A stretch of 64,000 bases of DNA from Prasinococcaceae sp. CCMP 1430 (taxonomy: Eukaryota; Plantae; Prasinodermophyta): NCBI GenBank assembly GCA_013416795.1, contig RQSC01000033.1, positions 154,583-218,582 on the forward strand, read 5' to 3'. This document shows positions 1 to 10,758 of this stretch, in pieces (positions within the stretch are counted from its first letter, which is position 1; each line of letters begins with the position of its first letter). The notes beneath the pieces were generated by a model. That model ran no database searches. It worked only from the letters and a program-made list of their open reading frames with translations, and was not told the origin of the DNA. Both the position numbers and the translations under genes were made by a program.

Positions 1-4
1 GATC

Positions 5-883
5 GTGGGCGGCGGCACGCGAGAGGAGGCCGACCGCGCCGCGGCGGCCAAGCTCGCAGCTGTGGCCAGGGCGAAGGCAATCGGCGAGGGTGACGGCGCG
101 GGTGGCGAGGCTGGGGCGCGCGCACACGGCATGCAGCTGCCGCCGCGGCTCGTGCTCAACGCGAACGGCGAGAACGCGAGTGGGCCTGAGACTCGCAACG
201 GTGGGCTGGATGACATGATGGTCGCCTGGCCGCCGTCCAAAGCCATGGCGGACAACTCGTTGCGCATGAGTGCCCGCATGGCTGCGATGGCCCGAGCTGC
301 GGCGACGTCCGCCCCACACGGGAGCGCCGTGTCGGGCGCGCCGAGGCGGCAGGCGGCCGCGACGGCCAAGGAGATGACGGAGTCGTTCTCGCTTCCGCCG
401 CGCGTGCGCCTCGTCGAGACGAGCACAACGCATCTCATCGAGCGCGTGGCTGAGGGGCAAGAGGGAGAGCTGGCCAAGCCATCGACGGCGTCGAAGATGA
501 AGCAGCGGGGCGGGCGCAAGGGTGCAGGCAAGGGCGGGAAGAAGGGTGGGGGCGTGCCGACCACTGCCCCGCATGGAGAGGATACCCAGACTCCCATAGC
601 GGGTGTGCCTGTCGCCAACCCTCTGTTGTTGGCCCAGCAGGCGCAGGCGCAGGCCGCTGCGGCGCTGGCCGCGCCGACGGCGGCCGCACAGCAGGTGCAG
701 GCGCAGCAGCAGCAGCTTGCAGCGATGCGGGCCCACTTAGCAGCGATGCAGGCGCAGGTGCAGGTGCCGCCGCAGCTAGGGGTGCAAGGCCAGCACCTGC
801 CGCAGCAGCAGGCGCAGCAACTGGCGGCGATGCAGCAGCTCGGGGCGTTGCAGCAAATGGCAGCGATGCTGCAGTTCGACCCG

Positions 884-921
<38 letters not shown>

Positions 922-1137
922 GCAACAGCAGTCACCTGCGCCCAAACCCGGAACACAACCCACCACGCCGCCGATGGCCATGGCTGCCGCCAGCCAGTTC
1001 GGGATGGTCCCGAACCCGCAGCTGCAGCTCCTGGGAATGGGTCTGAACCCTTTTCTGGGTGCGGGCATGGGCATGGCGTCAGGCGCGCAGCAGGTGCCAA
1101 GCTTTCCCAACGCGTTCGCACCCGCCGCGGCCCTCGC

Positions 1138-1173
<36 letters not shown>

Positions 1174-1216
1174 GCAGAATCAGAGCGCGTTCGCTCCGTA
1201 CCCCCCACAAAGCTGA
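5..1216 (+). CDS. Gln/Ala-rich low-complexity protein, C-terminal part (5' end probably outside window)
   Basis: 403-codon ORF with CAG-encoded polyQ tracts (~888-930, ~1141-1176); stop lies ~100 bp from the convergent gene. No recognisable domain. Confidence 0.6.
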
Positions 1217-1313
1217 GCGCGTGCGTCGTTGTGAGGTGTGGTCGCACCAACGACTGCACCTATGTCAAAGCAAGAGATTTACTTCTGCCCACCCGCGCGA
1301 TTGGCCGCCTCGG

Positions 1314-3626
1314 CTAGCCGATGCGCGTCTGCGGCATGTACAGCGGATCTGGCATGGGCACGGACACGAACTCAACCCTGCCGCAGAACAGCGTCAGGCC
1401 GCCGCGCTTGGTGCGACCCACCGCGCCAGCACAGATAATAACGTCGCCTGCATGACCACGCACGCACACGCACCGACAGCCCCGCGCGTCGAGAGGTCTC
1501 GTCAGCACGAACAAGGGCCGCCACCGGTGCCCGCAGGTAGCTGGATGCGCTCTCGCAAGCGCAGGCTGAGGGGAGGCGCGCGCCAACGCCACGCACCTGT
1601 CTTGATGGCACTGCTCACGGCGGTGAAAGGTGCCGCATCGGGATATTTCAAATGCGACGCGCTGAGCAGGACCTGACAGCTTGGCGCCAGTGCGGCCTCG
1701 GCCGCGAGCGTCCTCTCGTTCCTTTCATCTGCGCCATCGGCGGCCTCAACGATGTCTGTGAGCGTGAGGAACGCCAGAAAGCGATTGCGCACACGCACCG
1801 ATGTCACGCGGCCCTTGACGCGCACACTAGGAAGGCTTTCGAGCGCCACGGTGTCTTCAAGCTTGGCCTCAAACACCGGTGCATTCGCAGTGTAAGTAGT
1901 CACGAACTGCAGCACGGCACTGGCGTCCTCAACGTCAAGTGCATCGGCATCATCCACGCCCAAAGCGACCGCCCTCGCGCGGGCCGCCTCGGTGCGGTCG
2001 CGCAGCGATTGCTCCACGAGCGCCACGCGCAGGCGCTCGCGCTCCTGACGAACGAGGATACTTCTCTCCTTGAGAACGCGGCCTGCCTCGGCGATCTCCT
2101 CCTCCGCCCTATTAGGCTCGTCTCCCTGCACACCCTGGTGTACGGCGCCAACCGCACCCTCGCTAGCGCCAGCGCCGACGCCCGCGGCCGACCCATCCCG
2201 CGGAGGCCGCAGGTGTTGCGTGCTCTCAGTGCCGCCACAGCTCGGATCGCCCTGTTGCTGCGGGCCCGCAGATGCACCCTGGCCAACAGCGACATCGACC
2301 CCACCCGCGGCGTCGCCAACGACGTCGTCTGCACCACTCGCCTGGATGCCCGCCTCCTGCTGTCGGTGCTGGTGATGGCGATGCTGCTGCTCGCCTCCTC
2401 CCTGCTCCTGCTGCCCCGCGGCTTTCTTGCGCGCCTCCTTGGCGCGCTTTTTCCCGGCTCCCTTCTCCTTGGCGCTGCGCTTAAGCGCACGCACCTGCAT
2501 CTCAGCCTCATTGGCCGCCTGCTGCGCTGCCTGTGCGGCCATCACGGCCATGCCGACAGAGCGACTGCCTGCTGCAGCTCGCGTGGCTTCCGCCTCAATG
2601 TGCACGTAAGGACCCCATTCATGCGGCAGCGATTGCATCTGCGCCGATCGCCAAGCCCGCGCCGAGGACGATGAGTCGGCGTCGGCGGGCCGCCGCTGCT
2701 CGTATTCTGCCGTGCCCTGCGCCGCGCGACTCGGATGCGAGGTGGCGCCTGCCGGTGCGCACACGCTCATTGACAGCCCCGCAATACGCACCGGTCCACC
2801 CGGGGGCGCCCACACGCGCACCTCGCGTCGGTCGCTGAGCATCGCCGGATCCTCGTACACAAAGTTCGGCGCCATGCCGCGCCAGAGCGCCTGCGCGGGT
2901 GCCCAGTTGCAGCACGGGCATGCTATGACGCCCTCGCACGCAACACAATCGATGCACTGTGAAACGACATCCAGGGGGATGTGGGCGTGCATCAATACGA
3001 TGACCAGCCGCCGCGCACGGATGACCGCCTGCTCCATGCAGCGCGGCACCACACGTAGGCCCTCCACAGACTGTTCCCATCCGCGCGCCGAGGGTGCGAA
3101 GCAGCACCGATGCTGTCAGCGCGCGCAAAATACGCAAGCTGCCCAATTCGCGTCTGCACGTGTATTGGTGCGCGAAGCGAGCACGAGTGCACGAACGAGC
3201 GCCAGCGGCTCGTACCTCCCACGGATGGTGGAATGTGCCGTACTCCTCTGACGCTTCGGCGCTGCCGTCATATTTGCCGCCGGCGCGCTGCGCGGCGGCC
3301 TCCATCAGCGGGTCTACACTCACGCATGTCCAGCCTTTAGTCATGAACGCGAACAACGCGGCGGTACGCGGCGTCGCGCCGTCGCCAACGACGAGGATGA
3401 TGTCCTCGCGAGGCGGCTCACCACCACTGGCTGCGGCCGCTGCCGCCGCACCCGCCCCGCTGCCGGCGTTGCCCTGGCCGAGCGCGAGGAAGCAACGCGC
3501 AGCATTGACCATCGCGAGACTCTCAGTGACCTCCTTGGCGTCTGGGAATAGCTTCAGCCGCATGAGCTCGGGCGCGCACCGCAGGTTGAGAAGCTCGGTC
3601 AGATAGCGCAGCGTCGTGTCTCCCAT
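1314..3626 (-). CDS. SAM-methyltransferase-like domain + C-terminal LysRS-type OB fold; exons 3626-3216, 3070-1597, 1447-1314
   Basis: GT-AG introns 3071-3215 and 1448-1596 join three ORFs in frame (2019 nt). N-terminal LFPDAKEVTES...VVGDGATPRTAALFAF...VSVDP...HAH...CPCC; C-terminal VRVKGRVTSVR...GDVIICAGAVGRTKRGGLTLF. Confidence 0.75.
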
Positions 3627-4235
3627 GTCTCCGGCGCCGGCCGCGGCCCCACGGCGCAGCGCGCGGGGCGGACACCGCGTCGGGTGGCGGCGCAGGCGCG
3701 GAGCGCACAGTGTGACGCTGTCGCCCCTCTCTCCAGCGGTGAGTGTGCACGTGTGTGGTGGCGGAAAACGAACGTTATGGGGGAGCGGGAGGGGGAGCAG
3801 AGGCGAGGGGTGCTGGGCCCGCGAGCAGCCGCCGCGCGCTCCGCACGGCGGCTGCGCGCATTAGATAAATCCAATCCGCTGGGCCGCCCAACCTCGAACA
3901 GGGGAAGCGCACGGTCTGACCGGGTCTTATTTCGTTAATCCTGGTCTGTGAGTCCTATCCGTGTAAAATTTTTGCTAACCGCCACTTTACCCAGGGTACG
4001 TCACCTGACACGTATTTATGCATGTGCGCCATGTTGGTTCAAAGTTGCCACGTGGGTTGGGGAACCGGGAGGGAGGAGGGAGGAGCGCGGCAGGGTGGCT
4101 GGGCGGTGGCACTGGGCGCGGGCGGCGCAGTGTGGCGGGGCGCGTTGCGCGCCCTCCCGCCTCGGAAGACGCGAGCACGCGCGGGCGCCGCGCTTCGGTT
4201 GCGTGCGAGCGCCGCGCGGGCGCGAGGGGGCGCCG

Positions 4236-6829
4236 ATGGTTCTCAGGGAGGCGTCGCCGCAGCAGGAGCCGAGGGCGCAGGCGGGCGCATCACCGCGCGC
4301 AGAGGTGTCGCCGCAGAGCACGTCCGGCCGCGCGGCATCGTCGCCGGCCTCGCCGTCGTCGCCGTCGCCAAGCCTCGCGGAGTCGCTTGGAATGGTCCTG
4401 ACACAACAGAGCGATGGTAGCGGCACCAGATTGAGCGATGGTTCAGACGTCCTCACTCAGCAGCCCCCGCTGTCGGATGACGAGGTGGCAGGCGTTGGGA
4501 TTCCCAGGGTGCCCCCGGACCAGAGCCTCTCGCTACCGGCGCACGTGCGGCGCTCCTCCGCACATGGCGACTCGCCCACAGCGCCGTCCTCGCAGCGCTC
4601 AAGGAAGGTAAGCGGGCGCATCGCACGCGCGCCTGGGTTGGCGCATTGCGGCGATGAGGTTCCAGTGCTGACTTCTGCGCCCTCTCTGCGCGCCATCGGC
4701 TGCGTGCCGCTCGCTCCGAGAATGTCAAGGAGGGGCGCCGGCAGCAACGCAGGTCTCTTGAGATTCGCACCATGTTCGATCTACAGCGCGACGAGGTCCT
4801 ATGCGATGACTTCCTGTGCGCGCTGAAGAAGCGCATCTTGCTGCAAGGCCGCATGTACGTGTTCGAGCAGCACGTGTGCTTCCACTCCAACATCTTCGGA
4901 TACGAGAAGATCAAGAGCATTCCACTGCGTGACGTCACAGCGCTGCGGCGCACGAAGAATCTCATCTTTCCAAACTCCATCGAGGTGGTGGCCTACGGCA
5001 AAAGAGAGTTCTTTACGTCTTTCATCTCGCGCGAGGACGCTTACAGAGTGCTGGCCACGCAATGGCTTCAGTGCTCCCCGTACGCCAAGCTGCAAATGAC
5101 TCCCCAAGAGCTGAGGCAGTACTCGTCTTTGAGCGCGCGCGCGCATTCGCATGCTTATGGCAACAGTACATGTGTAGATGAGGACGAGGGCGCGACGATG
5201 CTGAGCGAGAACGCAAATGGTGGCGGTGCCAGCGGTAGCCCTTCTCGGAGGAGCTTATCCCCGCCGCAAGTTGTGGGGCTGTCTATCGAACGGACGGGCT
5301 TGAGCTTGGGCCCGAGGGCTCCAAGGAGGTCTGCTGACTCGCCCGTCACCGCACGCCGGGAGGTGGGCGGAAGCGAGCCCTCGCCGAGGCACTCGGTAGA
5401 TCACGTGCAACCGCTGCCGCGGGGGCTGGCGCACACTGACATTGCGGTGAAGTCGACATCGAGCGATGGGGGCGCCGACTTGAACAACAGTAGTGGAGAT
5501 GGCGGCAAGGACAATGATACCGACACCGACGAGATGGGCGAACAGGCTGATCACTGGTGGCTGCAGGACAGTATGCCTGATGCATTCCCCGACAGGGCAG
5601 ACACCTTTGTGACGATTGCCACAGCTACACTGCCCTGCAAAGTGACATCGTTCTTGCCCTATTTCTTCAACAATGCAACGTTTGAGGAACGCTTCCGCGC
5701 GGCCTCGGAACACGTGGAGCTACGCGTGAGTGAGTGGGCGCCCCTGCCTTTCGGCTACGCGCGGGACATCTCTTTCCGATCTCCGGTCAAGAGCCCCATT
5801 GGCCCCAAGTCAACTGCCTGCCATCAGACGCAGCGCTTCTGCTACGACAAGTCCCGCCGCCGCATAGTCATCGAAACAAGTCAGGTGCAGCGCGACATCC
5901 CCTACGGCGAATACTTCACTGTGGAGACGCGCTGGGACGTGGAGTCTGTCGTCGAGTCCATCGACGGCGACAGCGACCAATGCCTGCTGACAGTTTCTCT
6001 TGACATCCCCTTCTCGCGACGCACCATCTGGCAGTCGAAGATTGAGAAGTCAACTACTGATGAGATGGCAGACAGCGCTGCGCTGTGGATCGGCCTTGCG
6101 AAGCAGGCGCTCAAGCCTCCCGCACCGAAACTCAAGCCCATCAGCGTGCCCATGGACGCTGACTACATGCATGGCGAGGGCATCTCACACAGCAACCTGC
6201 TCCCAAAGTTGCCACCTAAGTATGCCGACCAGATCAGGCGCATGCTTAACCTTCCAAAGACTCTCAGCAGGTCATCCTCGATGAATCTGTTGACGAGGTC
6301 ACCCTCAACAAACTCTCTCGACGGATCGGCGGGACCTGAGAGCGCAGAAAGCGGCGGACTCTTACAATGGCTTGCAGCGTTCTTCACTACGCCTCTCTCG
6401 GATGTTGGTGCGTCCGAGGGCGCCGCACCCGCAACTGTGGGCCGCTTGTCACCGTGGATGGTTCTGTGGGCGGTGCTCCTGCTCGTTGCCGCCCCGTACC
6501 TCCTCCTTCGCGCGGCGAGCATCGCCGCCGGCACGAGCGGCGTACTCCCGTGGGAAAGTGCACACGCATACACGCTGCCTCTTGCACATCGCTCGTATCT
6601 CAGCTCAGGCTTGTCCGTCCTTGGGTTTAATGCTGCCAGCAGCGATGGCGAGGGCGCGCTCGTCGAATACTTTGCGGCGCAAATGCGCGAACTGGAGACG
6701 GAGGTCTCGCGTGCGCAGCGTGCGCTGCTGCTGCTAGAGGCACAGATGGAGGCGCTGAGACAGGGCGCAGAGGCCATCGGCATCGCCTTGCCTGACGAGG
6801 CAAGCGTAAAACTCCCACCGCAGCATTGA
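4236..6829 (+). CDS. GRAM + VASt (VAD1/LAM/Aster-type) lipid-transfer protein with C-terminal TM helix and coiled coil
   Basis: GRAM: LQGRMYVFEQHVCFHSNIFG...FFTSFISREDAY. VASt: DIPYGEYFTVETRWDV. Hydrophobic WMVLWAVLLLVAAPYLLL. The first exon (ATG 4236, donor GTAAGC at ~4608) is probable; its acceptor is uncertain; core ORF is 4772-6829. Confidence 0.85.
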
Positions 6830-6864
6830 TTTTTGACTTTTTCTGTCCCTTTCACCGCACCCCC

Positions 6865-9800
6865 TCAGCGGTGCGGTGGAACCGGTACGCCCCCCAAGCC
6901 ACCGTCAGTCGGCTGCATGAAGACGTTGCTCCCCCCAAAGAATGCCGCCGCGTTGTGGTTGTTGACGCCCTGCGCGCTAATGGCGTAGGGATTTGCTGGA
7001 GCCCGCGGCGCGTAGTTGTAGCCGCCTGGCACGGGCGTGGGGCCCAGGGGTGCCAGCGGCGACTGCGGATCGGTCGCCTTTGGCGGCTGGTATTGATGGT
7101 GCTGGGGTCCACCGCCGTTTGCGCGCGAGTTGCGCGGCAGCTGCGCGAAGCCGCGGCGGTAGTCCGGGTCGTTTTCGTCCGGGTTGTGCGGGTGCCTCCT
7201 GCCTCCCTGCCCATCGCCCCTCTGGCCCAACTGGTTCCCGAAGCGGAACTGCTTGGGCGTCGAAAGCGGCACCAGGCACTGCTTGAGGTTGGAAAGCGAG
7301 CCCTCCACGAGGGCTTGCCTGTCGCGGCAGTGCGAAATGAGCGAGTGCCACAGCGGCTGCGACGAGAGCATCTTCGGATTTCCCAGCACCACCGTGCCGT
7401 ACTTGGAGCGTGTGAGGGCCACGTTGAGACGGCGCGGGTCATTAAGAAAGCCCACACCGTTGTGTTCGTTGCTACGCACGCAGCTGAGTATGATGTAGTC
7501 CTTCTCTCTTCCCTGGAAGGCATCCACGCTCGCAACCTCGACCTGCTCGTACAACACCTGGCGCAGCGCACCCGACCGCAGCAGCGTGGCAACCACGTAC
7601 GCGCGCTGCCCCTCGTACGGCGTGATCACGCCCAGCTGCGATGGGTGCACGCCGCAGCGCAAAAAGGTCGTGACGATGCGCTCGACATTGGTGGCCTCCA
7701 TACGATTGAGATACGACGTGCCACTGCTCGATATTTCTTCCTGGCCCATCTGCGAGTAGAACATAAGAGGGCACTCGACCGATGGCCACGGGAAGTCCAC
7801 CTCCTCGCGCACACGCTCGCTGGCCCCCACGCCGTTCTGCAGGCTACCTTCGTAGAACGTGTTGGACGGGAACTCGGAGAGCGCCGGGTGCATGCGGTAC
7901 TGGACCTCGAGCCTGATCGGGCGGATGCCCATGCGGATGCAGCGCTCGAAGAGCGACTGGTTGAGCCCCGCGCGCGCGGCCTGCTTGCAAACGATGACAG
8001 GCCCGAGCTGGCAGTGATCACCGACAAGCACTGCTTGCTTGGCACCCGATACGAGCGGGATGAGGCACTCAGGCTCGGTGGCCTGCGTGTTCTCATCGAC
8101 GAGCACGTGGCGGAAACGGAAGTTGGTCAGCCGCGCGTCGCCTGCGCCCACGCATGTGCAGCATATCACATCAGCGGCCTGCAGCACCTCGCGCTCGGCC
8201 GCTTTCAGCAGCGAGCGATACTTTTTTTCGTCCTTCTCGCTGAGCTCGCCGGTCTCCATTTTGAGCTGGCTGAGCTTAGTCAACTGCTCGCGCGTGCCTA
8301 GGTTGGTCACCTGGTAGTGCAGCGTGAGGTGCTCCACACTACTGGTCATGTCCTCGCGGCTCTTGGCGACCAGGCGAACCACTTTGAGGCCAGTGGCGGC
8401 GACCTTTTCTGTGAGCTGATCCACGGCAACGTTGGACGGTGCGCACACGAGGACCTGCCCTTGGTTGAGTTTGCTCATGTGATACACGACGGTGGCGGAT
8501 GTCACAGTCTTTCCTGTGCCAGGTGGGCCCTGGATGAGGCTGAACGGGCGGCTCAACACGGTTCGCACGGCCTCGGCCTGCGAGTGGTTGAGCTCTGGCA
8601 GGCCGGGCGCCGAGATGTGAGCTGGTGGCTTGCCCCGCATCGGCTGCGGCTCCGGCTCGTGCCCCAGCAGTGTGTGGTATATGAAGCCCGACACCGAGGT
8701 CTCGTCGTTCGCAAACAGCTTGAGCGCCGTGCGCATGCGGTCGTAACTAATCGCTTTCCAGCAAACCTCTACGCCGTAGCCCAAGGTGACCGAGGTCGGG
8801 ATGTTGCGGCCGCGCAGCTCTAGCGCCACCTCGCCGGTCTCGGGAACGACCTTGACGACGCGCCCAACGTAGGTCGTCTCCTTGGCGTTGCCGCCACCAT
8901 TGTATTCTGCGCACTTCGCGCGCTTACTGCGTCCCTTGCCGCGCTTGCCACTCTCGTTGGCAGCCCCGCCGCCAGCACTCGCACCATCGTCCTCCCTTTT
9001 CGGCGGGCGCAGGGCCATCTCCTGGCCCACCGCGAGCTTGGCCTCGTGGTCCTCCTGCGGATAGTAGAAGTTGGCGATCTGTCTCCGATTGAGCGAGACG
9101 TCCCACTGCACGGTCACATCAGACTTGGCCTGACTTTCCTTAGTCAGCCTGTCGTGCTCCGCCTCGAGGCCGACGAGCGCCTCATAGATACGCATGTAGC
9201 TCACCGAATCCTCGTACCGGGTCTGCACCGGCTCGGCATCATCGTCCATGCCTGGCCTCTCGAGGTCCTCGAGCGTGGCCTCGGGCTCGCGCTTCCACAG
9301 CTCCTCGAGGCGGTTGACCTGCGCTGCGCTCAGGTGGCGCGCGCGCACAACGTCGTGCGCCGAGGGCTCCTTAATCAGCCATGGCAGGAACTTCTTGTTC
9401 TGCACGATGGGCTGCCACTGATCCATGTCCCAGTCGAACTCCTTGCGGCCGCTGGCAAACACGTCCGGGTCGCGCGAGATGAGCGCGACGGTGTTCTCGC
9501 CTTCAGTCGTGACGGGCACGAATCCGAGCGAGAAGACGTTGCGGTTGCCGGTGATGTAGCACTCGAGCACCGTTTCGCCAAGCGGTGACTCCTTGTGAAG
9601 CACCACTTCCTTGTTGCGGCTGCGCACGAGGTGGTACACGAGGCAGCTTGCGGGCAGCGTGCCGCAGCGCGCGTTGCAAAACCACTTGCCTGTGGCCGCG
9701 CACCGCGCGACGCACGCCGGGTCGGAGATGCCGCAATACGCGCACGCCCACTCTGGAAGGTCCTCCTCAGCGAGCGTCTCGCCATCGCCGCCACCCGCGC

Positions 9801-10164
9801 CTTCGCCCTTGGCGCCATCGCCGAGCGAGAGACCCTCCACGCCGCTCGCAAGCGCGTCCGCGTCCCCTTGCCGCTGGCCCTGGTCATGGGCTGCCACGCC
9901 GCCGATGGCCTCCTCGTACCACGCCGCCTTCGCATCGCTGCTGCTCTGCTGCTGCTGCTGCTGCTGCTGTTCACGCCGCTGCTGGCGCCGCGGCTGCTGC
10001 TGCCGTTGCCGCTGCGGCGGCGGCTGCTGGTGATGTTGCTCATACTGCTTACTAGACGCGGTCGTTGCCACGTCGTCGCCCTCCTCGTCGAACTCCAGGA
10101 AGGTGTAGTCGCCAGCCCCGCCGTCGGCGAGCGCGGCGTCGAGCGCATCCGCCTCGAGCGACAT
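6865..10164 (-). CDS. UPF1: Regulator of nonsense transcripts 1, SF1 RNA helicase (apparently intronless)
   Basis: CH zinc domain (CAYCG...KWFCN...HLVRSRNKEV), QGPPGTGKT, DENTQATEPE, LEVQYRMHP, VDAFQGREKD, RRLNVALTR. Confidence 0.97.
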   Translation of the reverse strand: MSLEADALDAALADGGAGDYTFLEFDEEGDDVATTASSKQYEQHHQQPPPQRQRQQQPRRQQRREQQQQQQQQSSSDAKAAWYEEAIGGVAAHDQGQRQGDADALASGVEGLSLGDGAKGEGAGGGDGETLAEEDLPEWACAYCGISDPACVARCAATGKWFCNARCGTLPASCLVYHLVRSRNKEVVLHKESPLGETVLECYITGNRNVFSLGFVPVTTEGENTVALISRDPDVFASGRKEFDWDMDQWQPIVQNKKFLPWLIKEPSAHDVVRARHLSAAQVNRLEELWKREPEATLEDLERPGMDDDAEPVQTRYEDSVSYMRIYEALVGLEAEHDRLTKESQAKSDVTVQWDVSLNRRQIANFYYPQEDHEAKLAVGQEMALRPPKREDDGASAGGGAANESGKRGKGRSKRAKCAEYNGGGNAKETTYVGRVVKVVPETGEVALELRGRNIPTSVTLGYGVEVCWKAISYDRMRTALKLFANDETSVSGFIYHTLLGHEPEPQPMRGKPPAHISAPGLPELNHSQAEAVRTVLSRPFSLIQGPPGTGKTVTSATVVYHMSKLNQGQVLVCAPSNVAVDQLTEKVAATGLKVVRLVAKSREDMTSSVEHLTLHYQVTNLGTREQLTKLSQLKMETGELSEKDEKKYRSLLKAAEREVLQAADVICCTCVGAGDARLTNFRFRHVLVDENTQATEPECLIPLVSGAKQAVLVGDHCQLGPVIVCKQAARAGLNQSLFERCIRMGIRPIRLEVQYRMHPALSEFPSNTFYEGSLQNGVGASERVREEVDFPWPSVECPLMFYSQMGQEEISSSGTSYLNRMEATNVERIVTTFLRCGVHPSQLGVITPYEGQRAYVVATLLRSGALRQVLYEQVEVASVDAFQGREKDYIILSCVRSNEHNGVGFLNDPRRLNVALTRSKYGTVVLGNPKMLSSQPLWHSLISHCRDRQALVEGSLSNLKQCLVPLSTPKQFRFGNQLGQRGDGQGGRRHPHNPDENDPDYRRGFAQLPRNSRANGGGPQHHQYQPPKATDPQSPLAPLGPTPVPGGYNYAPRAPANPYAISAQGVNNHNAAAFFGGSNVFMQPTDGGLGGVPVPPHR

Positions 10165-10758
10165 CGCGCGCCGCGCGCCGCGGGCGTGGGTGCGCAGCGC
10201 GCGCGCCTGCGCTTGCGTCTCGCGCGCGCTGTCGCCCGCGACCTGTCATGCCGTGAGGCGGCGGCGGGCACATGCGGAGATGGTGGGGGGTCGGGGGTGG
10301 GGCGGGAGGCTGGGGAGCAGAGGGGGCGAGGCCCGCTGGGCAACCCCACCGGCCGCCGCGCTGCAGATCGGATGCGAGCACTCTTTCCTTTTCCCTTTCC
10401 CCGACGACGGCCCGCCGATTCTGAATTTTCGACGTCGGTTGTCTTCCAAGTTTTCCCCGCTCCAATGGCCGTGCGTGCTGGCCTTCTTTGGCCGGGGCAT
10501 TCCGGAAAATGATCCGTGATTGCAGGTCGTCCCTGCGGGCGCGCGCGAGCCGGCTCGCCGCGAGCCGGCTCACCGCGATCCGGCGGCTGCGGCGGCTGGC
10601 GAGCCCGTGCGGGCCGTGGGAGGGGGGCGCGGGGCGCCACAGCGGCGCGCGGGCCCGGCGCTCGCTCGCTCGCTCGCTCGCTCCGCGGGTCCTTCCCCCG
10701 ACCCTCTCTCCGAGAGGTCCCGCACTGCCGGCCGGCCCGCCGCGCGTGCCCGGCGGCC

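Noticed and set aside
8095-8112. UPF1 motif II reads DENTQ rather than DE(S/A)TQ
   Set aside because: The catalytic DE is intact; this is a minor variant.
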